Positions 40,266 through 54,319 of a stretch of 64,000 nt of DNA are shown piece by piece. Numbering within the stretch: the stretch's first letter is position 1; each line of letters starts with the position of its first letter. Origin of the DNA: Octopus vulgaris (Eukaryota); contig OX597815.1 of the NCBI GenBank assembly GCA_951406725.2, forward strand, positions 42,966,001 to 43,030,000, written 5' to 3'. A program made the position numbers and the translations under genes. Below the pieces are notes generated by a model. It was not told the origin of the DNA. It saw only the letters and a program-made list of their open reading frames with translations, and did not search any database.

Positions 40266-41968
40266 TGTTGTGCGAGAGTGCGACGCCCCCCTGGCGAGAA
40301 TGGACTGGACCACTACATGTAAATAGTAGCAGTCTGAGTGAGAAATAGTTCCACAGTTCGTGTGCTGATAGTCAAAGCTGGAGTTCACAGTTCGAGTTAG
40401 CGTGTTGGATTGTTAGTTCTTTATTTCATTTAATTTGCCACAAGGGCATCACACAGATAGAAGCTTTGCGGGCTGGACACGAACATTAATGGGATGAATG
40501 ATAACGATGCAAAAATGATGATGATGGGAGAAGACGAAAAGCGCCCGCCGACTTTCGCTTCTCTAAAACATTGTTCTTGTTTCTTTTTTCTAGAAATCAC
40601 AATGAGGCAATAAACCTCTAACATAAAAACACAATGTTCAGAATTCTTTCTTTTTTTCTTTTTTAAAACACAATGAGGCTATAAACCTCGTACATTACAC
40701 AAAAAGTCACATATTTCACATTTTGTAGACTCTTTTTTGAGTGCAACCGTTCAGGTTATCCGGCCGACCAGTCTCCTTGCTTCATCGAAGCATGTACCCG
40801 GTTCCAGGCCGGACCACACAGACATAAATCTATAGGAGTCCCCCGGGAAGGAATTCATGATCCTGCACAGGATTGTTAGTTCTTAAAAGATTGTTGTTAC
40901 GTTGCGTGTGGTTACTGCCGTTTGTTTCAATTATATTGTTATTGCACTGTTACAGTGTATTCATTTATCCATAAGGATATAACATCTGACGGCGAGGACC
41001 GTTCGAAACTCACATTGGTTAGTTAACAATTTCTGCGTCATGGCAAACCTATTAGCCGCAGTACTACAGCTTCAAGAAAAGCAATAGGAACCACTACAGA
41101 AGTTGCAAAAATAAATACTACAACAACAACAATTAATTGAGTTACAGTCGACGAAGTCCGAAAATCTAGTGAATGCGTTTACGCCAGACGTAACACAATT
41201 TCTGAATTTTACCAACGGTGTAATGTTTTTTGCATTCTTCTGGAATATCACAGCACGACATATATAACAAAATTTGTCTGGGTGATTCCTACATTTGTGG
41301 ACACCTTTGAGAGAGCGATAAGAAAAGCGAGAAATGACTTAAGTAACGACGAAGCACTAACAAATTTCTTAAGAATATACGAAGTGACCCCCTCCCCCCC
41401 CTCACTAATCCAAGTACAAATTCAGGGAAGCTTCCCGCAGAATTGATGTTCGCAAGAAGAATAAAATCTATTTTTGATAAGCTATTACCAGAGAAAAAAA
41501 GATGTAAAGAAAATATGCAAGAGCTAACGAAATACGTCCAGGTATGTGATAAAATGCATTTCAAAACCTATAGAAACGGTAAAGAAGGCTGGGAAGATGG
41601 CCTTGTTACCAGAAAAATTGGAATTATGGTGTATCAAATTAAAGGGTCACACGGTGAACATAAGAGACATATAAACCAGGTAAGGAAGCGGCATACTCAA
41701 GATCAGGAAGAAATTCCCCTGGAAGTATTTTGTGAAATATTCGATGTACCGGTACCAAAAGTAATAGTCCTGTAAAACTGCACGAGAAAAAGAAAGCAGT
41801 CCGAAGATGTTGAGATAATGCCCAAGCAAAAGAGCTACTAAAAAATAGTAAATAAAAGAATTTCTTTATTCCTTTGAAATACGAAATCTCAAAAGTGGAG
41901 GTGTGCGAGAGTACGACACCGCCTAGCGAGAATGGACTGGACCACCACATATAAATGGTAGCGCTCTG
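40266..41968 (+). mobile_element. Internally deleted gypsy-type LTR retrotransposon
   Basis: The LTR start TGTGCGAGAGT.CGAC.CC.CCT.GCGAGAATGGACTGGACCAC occurs at about 40269 and 41902; PBS-like TGACGGCGAGGA at about 40987; purine tract before 41902; integrase C-terminus PAELMFARRIK..KRHINQVRKR. The 5' LTR carries an insertion with TSD GGATTGTTAGTTCTT (about 40407 and 40870). Confidence 0.75.
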
Positions 41969-42239
41969 AGGAAGTTCGTGGTATCTGCGTTACATTGTGA
42001 GTTCAAATTCCGCCGAGGTCGACTTTGCCTTTCATCCTTTCGGGGTCGATAAATTAAGTACCAGTTACGCACTGGGGTCGATGTAATCGACTTAATACCT
42101 ATGTCTGTCCTTGTTTGTCCTCTCTGTGTTTAGCCCCTTGTGGGTAATAAAGAAATAGGTAAATAAAGAAAAAGTTCGTGTCGGAGGGTAGTTCCTGCCA
42201 GTTTCACTCTTAGTAGTCGGTTCATTTTTTGTATTCAAA

Positions 42240-43560
42240 ATTGGATTTAGCGGTTATTTGCTGTTGTTACACTTAAGGTATTGTTAATTTGTTGAATTGT
42301 TGGCTGAAAATTTTTGCCTGCTTACGGGTGTTGTTAAAAAGTTATGTGCCTCCCCTACGGGGGAAGGATTTGAACTCGCATGTTATTGATTGCTGTAAAA
42401 AATTTTCAGTATCGTTCATCTTCGGTACATCTATGAAGTGTGCAGTGTGAGTGATCTGGTCCTCTGTCTTGCTATATTTGTTCCTGATACGCGTAAGTTC
42501 ATTTCTTATGTATCCGGTTTTAGCATCAAGGGAAGATCTTATCTGTAATGCACAAACAGGTCTCTACTGGCAGGTTTCCTACAGAAGTTGGTGTATATAG
42601 TATCTTCATCTGTTATTCTAAGTTGGATGTCTAGCTGAGATATGGAACCATTTTTTATCGGAGTATTCTGTTGTAAATCGTATGTTGTTATCTGTGTTTG
42701 AAAATGTCGTAGATATTTTGCCAGCCTTTTCACGGGATGATGTGAAGATGAGTATATCATCTATGTATCGGGTGAAGAAAACACAGGAGTGGCAGGTGTT
42801 GAGCGCTCGACGTTCCAGTTGGTTCATATAAGTGATGGTTAGAAGGCCTGAAATACTGGACTCAGTGGGTAGGCCTATTGTTTGTTTGTATGTCTGGTGG
42901 TAGAAAGTGAAATATGTATTTTCAACGATGATTGATAGAAGCTAATACCTATCTTGTAGAGCGAGGTCAAAGCAGTATATGTTGTATGAAATGATGCATT
43001 CAGTGACTAGTTGACCGCTGGATGAACGAGTGTTGTTCATCGAGGGTAAAGGCATATCTGTTGAAATTAAGTTGGTCAGGTTGTATTTGATGTAGTCTTT
43101 GTATGACTTCGTTGCAGCTGATGATATGTCCAGGAAAAAATAGCAATTATAGGCATGGGAGAGGAACTAGGAGATTTTATAGAGAAGTCCTTCTATATTG
43201 GAGACAATTGGTTTAATCTGTAGATTCACTCTGGTTTTGTGAGTTTTGATGAGGTAGTAGAACGTTGGTAGTCTGCTGTTCCTGATGGTGAGGTTGTGTT
43301 TATATTTGTTAAGGGGATGTCTTCGCCTGCAGATAACCGTCCGTGCAGTGTTGATATGATCTTCAGTCTGTCATGCAGTAATGTCTGTCACTTCTGTATA
43401 TAGTTCACCGCTGTTAAGGTACTCATATGCCAAGCTGTTGCATGTGTCTCTCAGAATTCTTTCCCTCTGTCGGAAGAGAGGTATACGAGGTCCTTCTCTC
43501 ACGTGTTGTTTAGAAGGAGACGTTCTTTTCTGGAGAGATTAGGGAGTACATTCTAATGTT
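42240..43560 (-). mobile_element. Penelope-like element reverse transcriptase fossil
   Basis: PTFYYLIKTHK..IKPIVS, YKQTIGLP..SSISGLL..YMNQLE, FTRYIDDILI and RKPASRDLFVHY are typical Penelope-type RT/thumb motifs. Confidence 0.75.
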
Positions 43561-45054
43561 TCAGTAATATGCTAAAAAATAAACTACTTAAGTCTAGAGA
43601 ATTTGAGGTTACGCTCTTGGTTGATCGGCGGCTAAGAGAGTTGTTGGTCTAAGTGGTATATAGGAAATTTATTATTGTTAGCTTTATGAAGGTAATAAGC
43701 TGGTACTTCGTTCGTCTTTAAGTTCTGAGTTCCAATTACGCCGAGATCGAATTTGCCTTTCGAAAAAATAAATACCTGTTGAGTACTGTGGTCGATATAA
43801 TCGATTGAATCTCTTCCCCAGAATATCTGGCTTTGTGCCTCCAGTAGAAAGGATTATTTATAGCTTTATCTGCTTCGAGTTTCACCATTCCAAGAAGAGT
43901 TATATTTATGTAGATATATGCTTACACCCCCACCCCACACGAAACTGTATTTTCTCACTACTTAATGTACTGAATTAACATGGTGTAGATGTTTGGTTGC
44001 AAGACAGTTCGCTAAATAGCTAACACCAAGATGCTTATCGAAAAGAGATTAGAACGATTAATGACTGAGAGAAAACCACCTCTCATTCATTAATCATTCT
44101 AATCTCTTTCCGAATTAAGCTATTTCATTCTGTCTCGTACCATGATTAAATATAAATTATACATCTAAGTTCAAATCTTGCTAAAGTTGTCTTTAGCGTT
44201 CATGTCTGCGGGATGAATGAAATAAGTAAACAACAGAGATATTCTATGGTGCCATCGATTCAATGTGTCACATTCACTCTTGACAAAATCTAAAACTTCG
44301 TATTTATTACACAGAAATGAAGTCACAGGGGAATAAGTAGAATGAGAGATAGAAAATAGGTCATTGTAGTGCCTTTACATTTCGCAAGGAAAGTTGCGAG
44401 AGCCCCTTCGGTCATGAATGACCATGGGATTGCACCTAGAAAGTTACCCTCCGAGGCACAAGTCCGGGCAAGGTTGTTTACGGAAGGCCAGCAGTCGCCC
44501 ATGCATACCAGCCTCCCCTCTCCACACCACTGATGTTATCCAAGGGAAAGGCAAAGGCCGATACAGCTTGGCACCAGTGATGTCTCAACTCATTTCTACA
44601 GCTGAGTGAACTGGAGCAACGTAAAGTAAAGTGACTTGCTCAAGAACACAACAGCGAGGAAAGGAACCACCCTTAATTCATTAGACATCTACATTTTAGT
44701 TTCTCTTTGCTTCGAATCTCTAAATCATTATTATAGATTCCAAACAATTGAGCTGTCAAGTAAGAGGGAATGGATTTGGAACATGAATTTACTGTTGTTT
44801 ACTCAGTCATTGTGGGTGCAGTGATTCTTTCGCAAACAAGTTTGTTAGAGTCTTCCAACAAAAAGCCATGTTAGTTAAGACAAAATTCAGCTTCTTGTGT
44901 CAAAGTGGAGGAGATCCTGAATATAAGTATAATTTCTGTATACTTTTAATGTATTTATTAACCAAGGAGAATATGGTTAAGGGTAGTGAATCTGTAAGTC
45001 TGGTTTAGCTTAGTTTCTAATAATGATATTCTGGTTCCCTTTTATTGCTTTCAG

Positions 45055-45207
45055 TTAAATAAATTGACTTACAACGCATATTGTGATGACTGCGTGAAGG
45101 TAGAGGACACAGAAAAAACAGAAGAACTCGAGGAAAATACTGAAAATATTGAAGAGATGGACATTTTAGAAAACGACAGTTTTAAGAACAAAAAGGATTG
45201 TGTTTAA
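45055..45207 (+). CDS. Terminal coding exon 7 (LNKLTYNAYCDDCVKVEDTEKTEELEENTENIEEMDILENDSFKNKKDCV*)
   Basis: TTGCTTTCAG acceptor, phase 0, acidic tail, TAA at 45205-45207, AATAAA about 80 nt downstream. Confidence 0.75.
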   Translation, partial: LNKLTYNAYCDDCVKVEDTEKTEELEENTENIEEMDILENDSFKNKKDCV

Positions 45208-45287
45208 AGAATATTTGTTGCGATAAATTTTTACTTTTCTTTTTTCTTTGTTAATGCATACATATCCTACACAAGCAAAATATACAG

Positions 45288-45293
45288 AATAAA
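45288..45293 (+). terminator. Polyadenylation signal of the 7-exon gene
   Basis: AATAAA about 80 nt after the stop codon. Confidence 0.5.
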
Positions 45294-45974
45294 GATGTAG
45301 AAGCTGAAGAAGTTAGTGGTATGCAACAGCAAATATTAATAGAATTAGTTCAAACAATAGAATATGTTTCTTGCTGTAAAGAAAAAAATGGTTAACGTTT
45401 CGGACACTTGTTATTCGGAAAGAGAGAGATGGAGGAGTAGAGGGGGGGACGAAGAGTAAGTCAGAGAGAGAAAGTGACGAAAGGTAAGTGAGAAGCGAGA
45501 AAAAGAGAGATAAAGAGAAAGTGAAAGAGAGAGAGACAGACAGATAGATAGATGGGTGGATAGGTATAGATAAATAGATAGATGGATGGAGCACTGTCTT
45601 GGAGGGTGTTAGCCGAATAAATCGACACCAGGACTAATTTCTTAAGTCTAGAGCTTATTCTATCGGTCGCTTTTGCCGAACCGTTATGTTACGGGGACGT
45701 AAACACACCAACACCGGTTGTCAATCAAACGATGATGGAGGGCAAATACACACACACACGGTCTGTTCTGTGCCCAAATGTATTCGTAAGACATCTTTTG
45801 TAATGCTCATGACTCAGATCGTAGTTCACTAGAAAAAGGTCTAATTTCCAGCCCTACTTGTCATTCTGGTGTTTCCTTTTCTCTGGGGCGGGCATCTCTG
45901 ATTGCGTTAATATGTATGTATGTATGTATGCATGTATGTATGTATGTATGTATGTACGCACGCACGCACGCATG

Positions 45975-47000
45975 TCTGCCTCTTCTATTTTTTAATTATT
46001 ATAAATCTCCCACTGAGGAGGGAGCCGGTTTCCAACAAAGATACAAGGCTGCATCTTTGGGATGTAGTTAGCACAGTCAAATTCGCATTTAGAACTTGAG
46101 AAAAGTCTTGCATTTTTTTACTGTTCACTCATGGATTGAACTTCTAATGTACGAATCAGCCGGTCAATTTCTCTTTCTGAAAATCTCAATTTATCCAGAT
46201 TCTCCTTGAACATTTACTAATAAAACTTAGTGCTCTAATTATTATTGATATGAATATGAATTCATAGTCTGGATATAGAAGCTGGAGGTTTCGAAGCAGT
46301 TGTCCTTAGATATCCTCTTTTTCTTTGATTTTCAAAGTTATATTTATATCTGCAGTGCAGCTAACCTCTACGATAGTACATACATTTGCCCCTCTGTCCC
46401 AAACAACAATACACGGCCTGTTATGCTTACATTTGATAGAAGTTTTTAGGGAAAATACCACCAGTATTCCTTGAGTTGGTGTTTATTAATGTATTCCATA
46501 ACAGAAGGATTTTCTAAGTTTATTTCAAGACAGTCATTTTTGCAAATGGCATTGTAAATTGTGTTAGCAACAACATCGTGCCGCATAGGGAGGTAGCACC
46601 GTGACGACATTTTTGGACAGCTACTAATCACATGCATAATGTCTTCCATAGAAACATGACATAGCCTACACATGCAGTTGCACCTTGGGATTACAAGAGC
46701 ATCACTGTCTCGCTTGTTCACCAAGTATTTTGTGGCAATTTCCTGTTCCCGTATTGGAAATGCATAGACTTCAAAATGTGATGTGATTTAATGGTCTTGT
46801 GTCCAAGAGAGGCTACGCTTCGTGTCAATTCTACTGTTTTCTTCAAGCTTTCGGGTGATATACCCATGAATGGTCCTTTTTTTTTGTATGCTGAGTGCTT
46901 TCCATCACGGTCTTCTCTGAGGTAAGCGAGCCCAGTTGTTTTGGGGCTGTATTAGAGATCATCAGGAAGAGAGTGTTTCTTGAGGAGTTCACTGCCAGCT
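45975..47000 (-). mobile_element. 3' part of a different RLE-type (R4-like) LINE
   Basis: CRLCHVSMEDIMHVISSCP..RHD and KHNRPCIVVWD..IVEVSC; flanked by (TATG)n. Confidence 0.7.
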
Positions 47001-47238
47001 TGTATGTATGTATGTATGTATGTATGTATGTATGTATGTATTCCTTTGACGATCTGATCCTGGTCTATTATGAAAGGACCCATTGGAGTCGTGGCACAGA
47101 CATACCTTGAGATACCGTTACATTGAGAGTCACACATTGCCACACATGCAGCCACGTAATATACGTACACTAACATGCATTCCCATGTTCAAACGCGCGC
47201 ACGCACACACACACACAAAACGCGCGCGCACACACACA

Positions 47239-47270
<32 letters not shown>

Positions 47271-47509
47271 CATATACACATACATACGCGCGCACACACA
47301 TTCACGGACATACAAAAGCACGGATACACCACTCCACATACACACACGCACGCGCGCGAGCGTGCGGCTACACAGGTAGCACATATATACATTACACTAA
47401 CATGCGCACGCGAGCATCAGGCACATACGTGTTCGCTTACACATATACACTGACGAATGTCCCATCGCACCCACACATGCAGATTCATGCAGAGACGCTA
47501 ACACATATA

Positions 47510-47551
<42 letters not shown>

Positions 47552-48159
47552 CATATACACAAGCATACACGCATATACACACTCACATACACACATAGAC
47601 ACACTCACGTCTCTGTACTTACTCCGAGAAACTGACATACAGTAAATTATCTCCCTTAACCTTAACAAGGGAGACAAATAAGTGCGTACAATTTTCAAAC
47701 TCTCCTCTGAACCGAAAAAAAATTTAAGTTATAATTCAACAGCATATGCTGTTGAATTATATAATATATGTCATATATTTATAGTAATTTTCCATAAACC
47801 TCCCTACATATTTCCAAATTAGTATTGTTATTGTCGCTTTAAGCAACAGAACACTCTTTGAGTAAACAGTTTTCGTATGTCTATTCGAAATAGTAAATAT
47901 CAAAGTACAAATCTCAAATTTTGCATTTTAAAGTACAATCACGCAAAATGTCTTCAATACAATAACGATATAATAAATATACATATATGTAATATTTCAA
48001 TCAAAAAGAAATATTGTATTAATGCATCGAAATGCACTGCAGGAGTAAACATAATAATTTAACGAAAGGCAATAAATTACTACTTCAAAAAGGAGCGTTT
48101 ATATTTAATAAGTTGGCGAAAAAAAAAAAGCTTTAGCTACATACAACATCTGTTTGAAG

Positions 48160-48545
48160 GGCGGCGAGCTGGCAAGAACGTTAGCACGCCGGGCGAAATG
48201 CTTAGCGGTATTTCATTTGCGTTACGTTGTGAGTTCAAATTCCGCCGAGGTCGACTTTGCCTTTCATCCTTTCGGGGTCGATAAATTAAGCACCAGTTAC
48301 GCACTGGGGTCGATCTAATCGACTTAATACCTATGTCTGTCCTTGTTTGTCCCCTCTATGTTTAGCCCCTTGTGGGTAATAAAGAAATAGGTATTCCGTC
48401 TGTCTACGTTCAAATTCCGCTGAGATCGACTTTGCCTTTCATTCTTTCGGGATCACTAAATTAAGTACCAGTTGCGTACTGGGGACGATCTAATCGACTG
48501 GCCCTTTCCCCTAAAATTTCGGGCTTTGTGCCTAGAGTAGTAACG
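48160..48545 (+). mobile_element. Family-1 SINE dimer with two different tails
   Basis: The first unit ends ...GCCCCTTGTGGGTAATAAAGAAATAG and the second ends ...GCTTTGTGCCTAGAGTAG. Confidence 0.8.
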
Positions 48546-49125
48546 AATATTAGAACAAAAAACAGAAACAGGAAATTTTACTAAAGTTACGAATAAATAA
48601 CCACAACCACGTACGAAATTGTTTTACAAGGGAGATCACTCTTGCACAAAAACTTTTAGTTTGTTCCCTTCAATCATCTTACAAGGATGGTCAGCAATCT
48701 TCGGAGTGTGAAAGTTCTGACAAAACGCCAGAACTTTTTATATTTTTTATTTTCTGTGCAAATATAAATGAAAAGAAATATCTGTTTACTTTTTAGGCGT
48801 CCACAGCGTTATTTTGAAGGTGACTTAGGTGTGTACGGCTGATATTCACTAAGCGACCCTGAAATGAAGTACTATGTTGAAGAATTCAACAAACCGTCCT
48901 GTCCGGAGATGCAACGTACGAAGTATCGATAGTGGATTCGATCTTCGGAAAAGCAACTAGTGGCCTTCCTTCATGTGTATTTGGCGTTGTTTTTATCGCA
49001 CTCAAAACTACAAAAAGATAGTATAGCCATTCATTTTGGGCGGGTATATGCACACACAAACCGACACATACACAGCCTTCACCCCGCACACACACACAGA
49101 GGCAAAAACACAAACCGACGCACAC

Positions 49126-49161
<36 letters not shown>

Positions 49162-49444
49162 GTCAACGCTTGTGAAAATACACATTTGCAAATCAAATTT
49201 ATACAAACACATTCGGCATATTTTACTAGCATTGGTTACCTAAATGTTTGATATTTTGTGAAGGAGTGATAATCACTTTTTTTTCAACCGAAGCACAAAT
49301 ATTTGAATACCTCCGAGTTAGATACATTTAATGGTCCAGTTAAGAGTGTGAGGTGTTGGTCACACCTAAAAATATATATAATATTCAGCAGTTTTATTCC
49401 TTCCATGAAATTGTGGACAGAAGATTAAACTTGTGACGGAAAAT

Positions 49445-49770
49445 TTTATTTATTTATGCGCCCTTTTCAAGCCTAGCTAGGCTCATGGGCCCAGTTTCTC
49501 GGTTTCTATGGCGTATGTGATCCCCCCCCCCACACCAGCTGGACGAGACGCCAGTCCATCGCAGCGTTACTCAAGAAGCAGGAAGAAAGAGTGAGAGAAA
49601 GTTGGGGCGAAAGAATACAACAGGGGTCGCCACCACCCCCTGCCGGTGCCTCATGGAGCTGTAGGTGTTTTCGCTCAATAAACACACACAACGCCCGGTC
49701 TGGGAATCGAAACCGCGATACTCCGACCGCGAGTCCGCTGCTCTAACCACTGGGCCATTGTGCTTCCACA
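49445..49770 (-). mobile_element. Family-2 SINE head with an alternative tail; TSD GTGACGGAAAAT
   Basis: Head shared with 28488-28863; TSD at 49433 and 49771. Confidence 0.8.
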
Positions 49771-51231
49771 GTGACGGAAAATAGGAAACGCAAAGTTTTT
49801 GTTAGGGAAACCATTTAAAGGAAAATTAAATAAAAACAACTACAAGAAGGAAGAATATTCAACCAGGTTCCACATGACCCTTGGGGAACCATATAATATT
49901 TATTGTTGCGGGGAGGGTCCATACAAGCAAAACAGTAAATTGGAGGATGGGGTCCATGGTAGTATTTTAGGGGTTAAGGAAAACATTTTGCTTCAGATGT
50001 ATTTATTGTAGGAAATAACTAGGCTTCTCACAATAAAGATCGTTTAACATTTTTCCAGTCACTGAAACACGAGTGAATGAGTGAAGAGCAAAAGGGAAAT
50101 TTTGAAAGAAGTATACTCTTTTTCTTTTTTACTTGTTTCAGTCATTTGGCTGCGGCCATGCTGGAGCACCGCCTTTAGTCGAGCACATCGAGCCCAGGAC
50201 TTATTCTTTGTAAGCCTAGTACTTACTCTATCGGTCTATTTTTGCTGAACCGTTAAGTTACGGGGACGTAAACACACCACCATCGGTTGTCAAGCGATGT
50301 TGGGAGAACAGACACATACACACACACACAGAGGTTCCGTCTACCAAATCCACTCACAAGGCTTTGGTAGGCCCGAGGCTATAGTAGAAGACACTTGCCC
50401 AAAGTGCCACGCAGTGGGACTGAACCCGGAACCATGTAGTTCGTAAGCAAACTACTTACCACACATCCACTCATGCGCCTATAAAATTAGCTTTTAAATA
50501 AAAGAATAAAATAAGTAATGAAATGTAAAACAAAAAAAAAAAGTTTTGAGAACCACTGGTTTTGACAATCAGATATAGAATGAAATTCTTACTGAAATTA
50601 CTACTTACTATCTTATAAAAACTTAATCGTATGATTTCTAATTCAAGGTTGGTATGAGGACTAAAAGCAATAACTGCAAAATACAATGGAAAGAACAGCA
50701 GCTACAAAGAGTCGGACAGAACAATGCTACTCTATTTGGACTGGAATCTGAATAGTCACAATGGAAATATTCAAAATGCTTAAGAGTGACTGTAGAAAAA
50801 GATCCGTTTCGGACACTCATCTCTAAAAGAACTATAGGGATGGGGTAGAAATCCTTACAAGGAACTTTCTCTGTAATACATGTCAGACACAGACCACGAC
50901 ACCATAGTCTGATTTTACATCCAACAGCTAGGTGTAGGAAACGGAGCTCAGGTCAAGGAAAGTAATATATACACACGTACATACTGTTCACACACACGCG
51001 AGCACATGAGAGAGAAACATTTTGTGTTCCAGAATTCTCTGCGCCAATGAATCGAGTGTATTGAACACACCGTCATTATAAACGCGCTGAGTCCTTTTCT
51101 CATTTGAGGTACATTTCAACAGCTGGCATATTTTGCACCCGAATCTGCCTAAACGTATTATGAATAAATATGCAAATATTCGTTCCACATCTCGCATCTC
51201 GCATCTCGCTGTACACGATGAAAATAAGGAA

Positions 51232-51270
<39 letters not shown>

Positions 51271-52174
51271 CAAAATAAGCAACAAGGATTGTTGGTTATT
51301 TTGATTTTAATCATCTTACTTTGAAATTGTAAGGATAACACCGTACTAAATTCTGGTGCCTCAACTTAAGTACCATATTCATATGAATATATATATATCG
51401 AATGAGAGAGAGAGATAAAGAGATAGATAGATAGATAAATAGATAGATCACTGTATCAGCTAGACTATCAGATGTTGTTATAACATTGCTGATCACTATG
51501 TCCTTCTTGCCAACATTCTCCCATGAACGCAGGGTTGTCCATTTCGCACTGAGTAGAATGAAGTAACGTAAAATGAAATGTTTTGCTCTAAAACATAACA
51601 GACCGTTGGTCTGGGAGTTGAAACCACGACCTTTCAATCGAAAGTACAACACCTTAACCACTTGGCCACGCACCTGTACACACACGCATGCGCGCACGAA
51701 AATAACTGAGAAAAAGTTGAAAATGCCTCACATATTTATACACATGTATAGTTTTTGTTTAAATCAAAACAAGTTTGACCCTCTAATATAAAGGGTAAAG
51801 AGATTTATTCAATGTGTATATGTATATGAAAAAAAAAAACATCTTCATGTAACAAATGCTTTCGTACTATAGTTTAACTGAAAATATACTGGTGTACGTA
51901 TTCACAAGTTAACTTTTAACATACAAGACACAAATATATAAGAGAGAAAGAAAAAGGAGATCACACATTACTTCTAGTCTTTCGTATAGAGAACGATTTT
52001 AGTGCATACATTTTTGTTTGTGTGTTGCGGCCAAAGGAGGAGCTGTAGGAGAAGAAAAATCATATTTTAACTAATCGGTTTTTGCGCTGGCGTTTAGTCT
52101 TTCAAAGTTTGGTGAGGAATTAAATAATTAAATAGGAATACCTCATATACATATGCGTGTGTGTGTGTTTGTGT

Positions 52175-52364
52175 GTGACCGCGTGTGTATCGTTGGCGAT
52201 TTTCTTTCTCCGTCTTCCCTTCCTTGGACATTTCCTTTTTCTTCGTTTCTGACGAAGAGCTCCGCTCGAAACGTTAGATCCTCCTTCTTTCTTTCCTTTC
52301 CTGAGCGTCCAATAACACTGTACTTGTTCCACGTCGTCGCTTTGTTGTGCTTTCATGTTTGGAT

Positions 52365-52370
<6 letters not shown>
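52175..52370 (+). mobile_element. Short Penelope-type tail element with hammerhead motif at 52246-52278; second copy at 63613-63820
   Basis: CTGACGA-A-GAGC-tcc-GCTC-GAAACGTT; near-identical ~200-bp copy at 63613-63820 (GAAA mutated to GAAG); both end at (TA)n. Confidence 0.55.
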
Positions 52371-52447
<77 letters not shown>

Positions 52448-54277
52448 CAGTACCAAACGCAAGCTATGAGTAACCACATATGCTCACTTGCTATATCTTC
52501 GAGAAGGGAAGTAATGAAGCAATTATCAGGCTGATGAGAAAACCAGACCATTTGATCACAAACAGGAGCAGACTCCTAATCAAAATCCAATCAGATGAAT
52601 TTATGAGGATATAGAATCTGTTTTGAACTTTTGCTGATGTTTGTTTGCGCAAAGTCACCTATCTTGTGTTATAATCATTAAATGAGATTAAGGTCTCTAC
52701 AATACAGGCACTTGCATTAATTCAAGCGATCTGGCAATGTTTTACGTCTCGCCTGGTCAGCTCGGATCGAGGTGAGCAACAGCGTTTCGGAAATCTCAAC
52801 CTTTTGAGGCAAGAGCATTCATTTTGTGTTCAGCTGTAATACTCGTGTTTTTTTCTTTTTCTTATTTTGAACGTAAGTAGCGCTTAGAAGCTTATTAGTC
52901 GACAGGATCAGTAGAGGAAGAGATATTCAAGATGTATTTAGATTGAATATTCACTAGGTTAGACGACAGAGATTATTCAACAACTTGTTGCAGCTTAAGA
53001 AAAAAGGTAGCTTAATGCGAAATATCTACAGCTTCAAAGATCTGGAAAATAATGGACGGATGCACATAGGAAAATATCGCCGGAACTGAATTGTGTACCC
53101 TGATAATGGTATATGAATGTGCCAGATTTACCTATTCTTCTGTGTTTTTTTTTTGTGACACATCTGGTAACAGAGTGGAAGCTTTTGAGCTATGTAGGTT
53201 GGAGAGTGATTGTGCTGTTGAGGGAAGACACGGAAAGATAATTTTAAGCCTATCAATAGAGAAAAGCCTATGGTTATTGATATCTGTGTTGTCAAAAATA
53301 TGTTTTCACTCTAGGTTACTCATCCTTGATTAGAGTTGGAACAAAGAAACGATGTAGATTTTCTTTTCTTGTTTTTTTTTTTTCGGTTTATCATGCCCTC
53401 TAGCCAAATCAAGTTGACAGCCTCTGCCCGGTCGATCAAACAAACGGAATCTCCGTGGCCATTCAGCTTACTAGATATAACTGCCAAATCGACATGATAT
53501 GAAACCATGTCATTGTAGGACAGGAAGATTAATTTAAAAGAAAACATCTAGAATGCTGTAGATAGAACAATTTTGGTCGTAGTTCTGTTTCATATTTCAA
53601 ATCAAGCTTTCAATATCCAGAATCGTTAGCACGCGGGGCAGAGTGCTTAGCAGTATTTCGTCTGTCTTTACGTTCTGAGTTCAAATTTCGCCGAGGCCCA
53701 CTTTGTCTTTCATCTTTTCGGTGTCGATAAAATAGGTACCAGTCAAGTATTGGGGACGATATAATCGACTTAGGTTTTCCCCCGAAATTGCTGGCCTTTA
53801 TAACCTTGAAGAGAGAGAAAACAATAAAAAATAGAAATGATGAGAGAAAATATCTAAACTGATGGGAAACCTAACATGCAACTAGCTTACTAATGTTGAT
53901 GAAGAAGGCGAAACAACTGTTTTCACTTGCATCTAACGAATTGCGTGCATATTGAAACAAAAGCCCTGGTTTAGCCATAGTTCACAAAACAACTGAAAAA
54001 GCAGCTTCAAAATAACGGCTTTTAATATAAGAAACGTAAAATCTCAGCCGACGAAAATAATTTCCAGCCGTTCAAGAAAGCATGAAAGAAAAACCAGCTT
54101 AGAAAAATTCCGACGATGATGACAAAGAGAGAAATCGAGAGGAAAAGGGAGATACGAGATCGAGGGGAGAAAGAGAGAGTATATATATATATATATATAT
54201 CAACAATTGAGGGTAAAATTAATTAATCAATTTCACCAAGTGTTCAGTATGTAAAAGGACCATTTAAGGCGAATTTG

Positions 54278-54315
<38 letters not shown>

Positions 54316-54319
54316 CTGA

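Noticed and set aside
48798-48980. Exon-like unique sequence after a TTTTTAG acceptor
   Set aside because: Stops in all three frames shortly after the acceptor, and it lies beyond the gene's poly(A) signal.
52600-53330. Possible ancient gypsy gag remnant on the - strand
   Set aside because: Only faint motif resemblance; no LTRs found.
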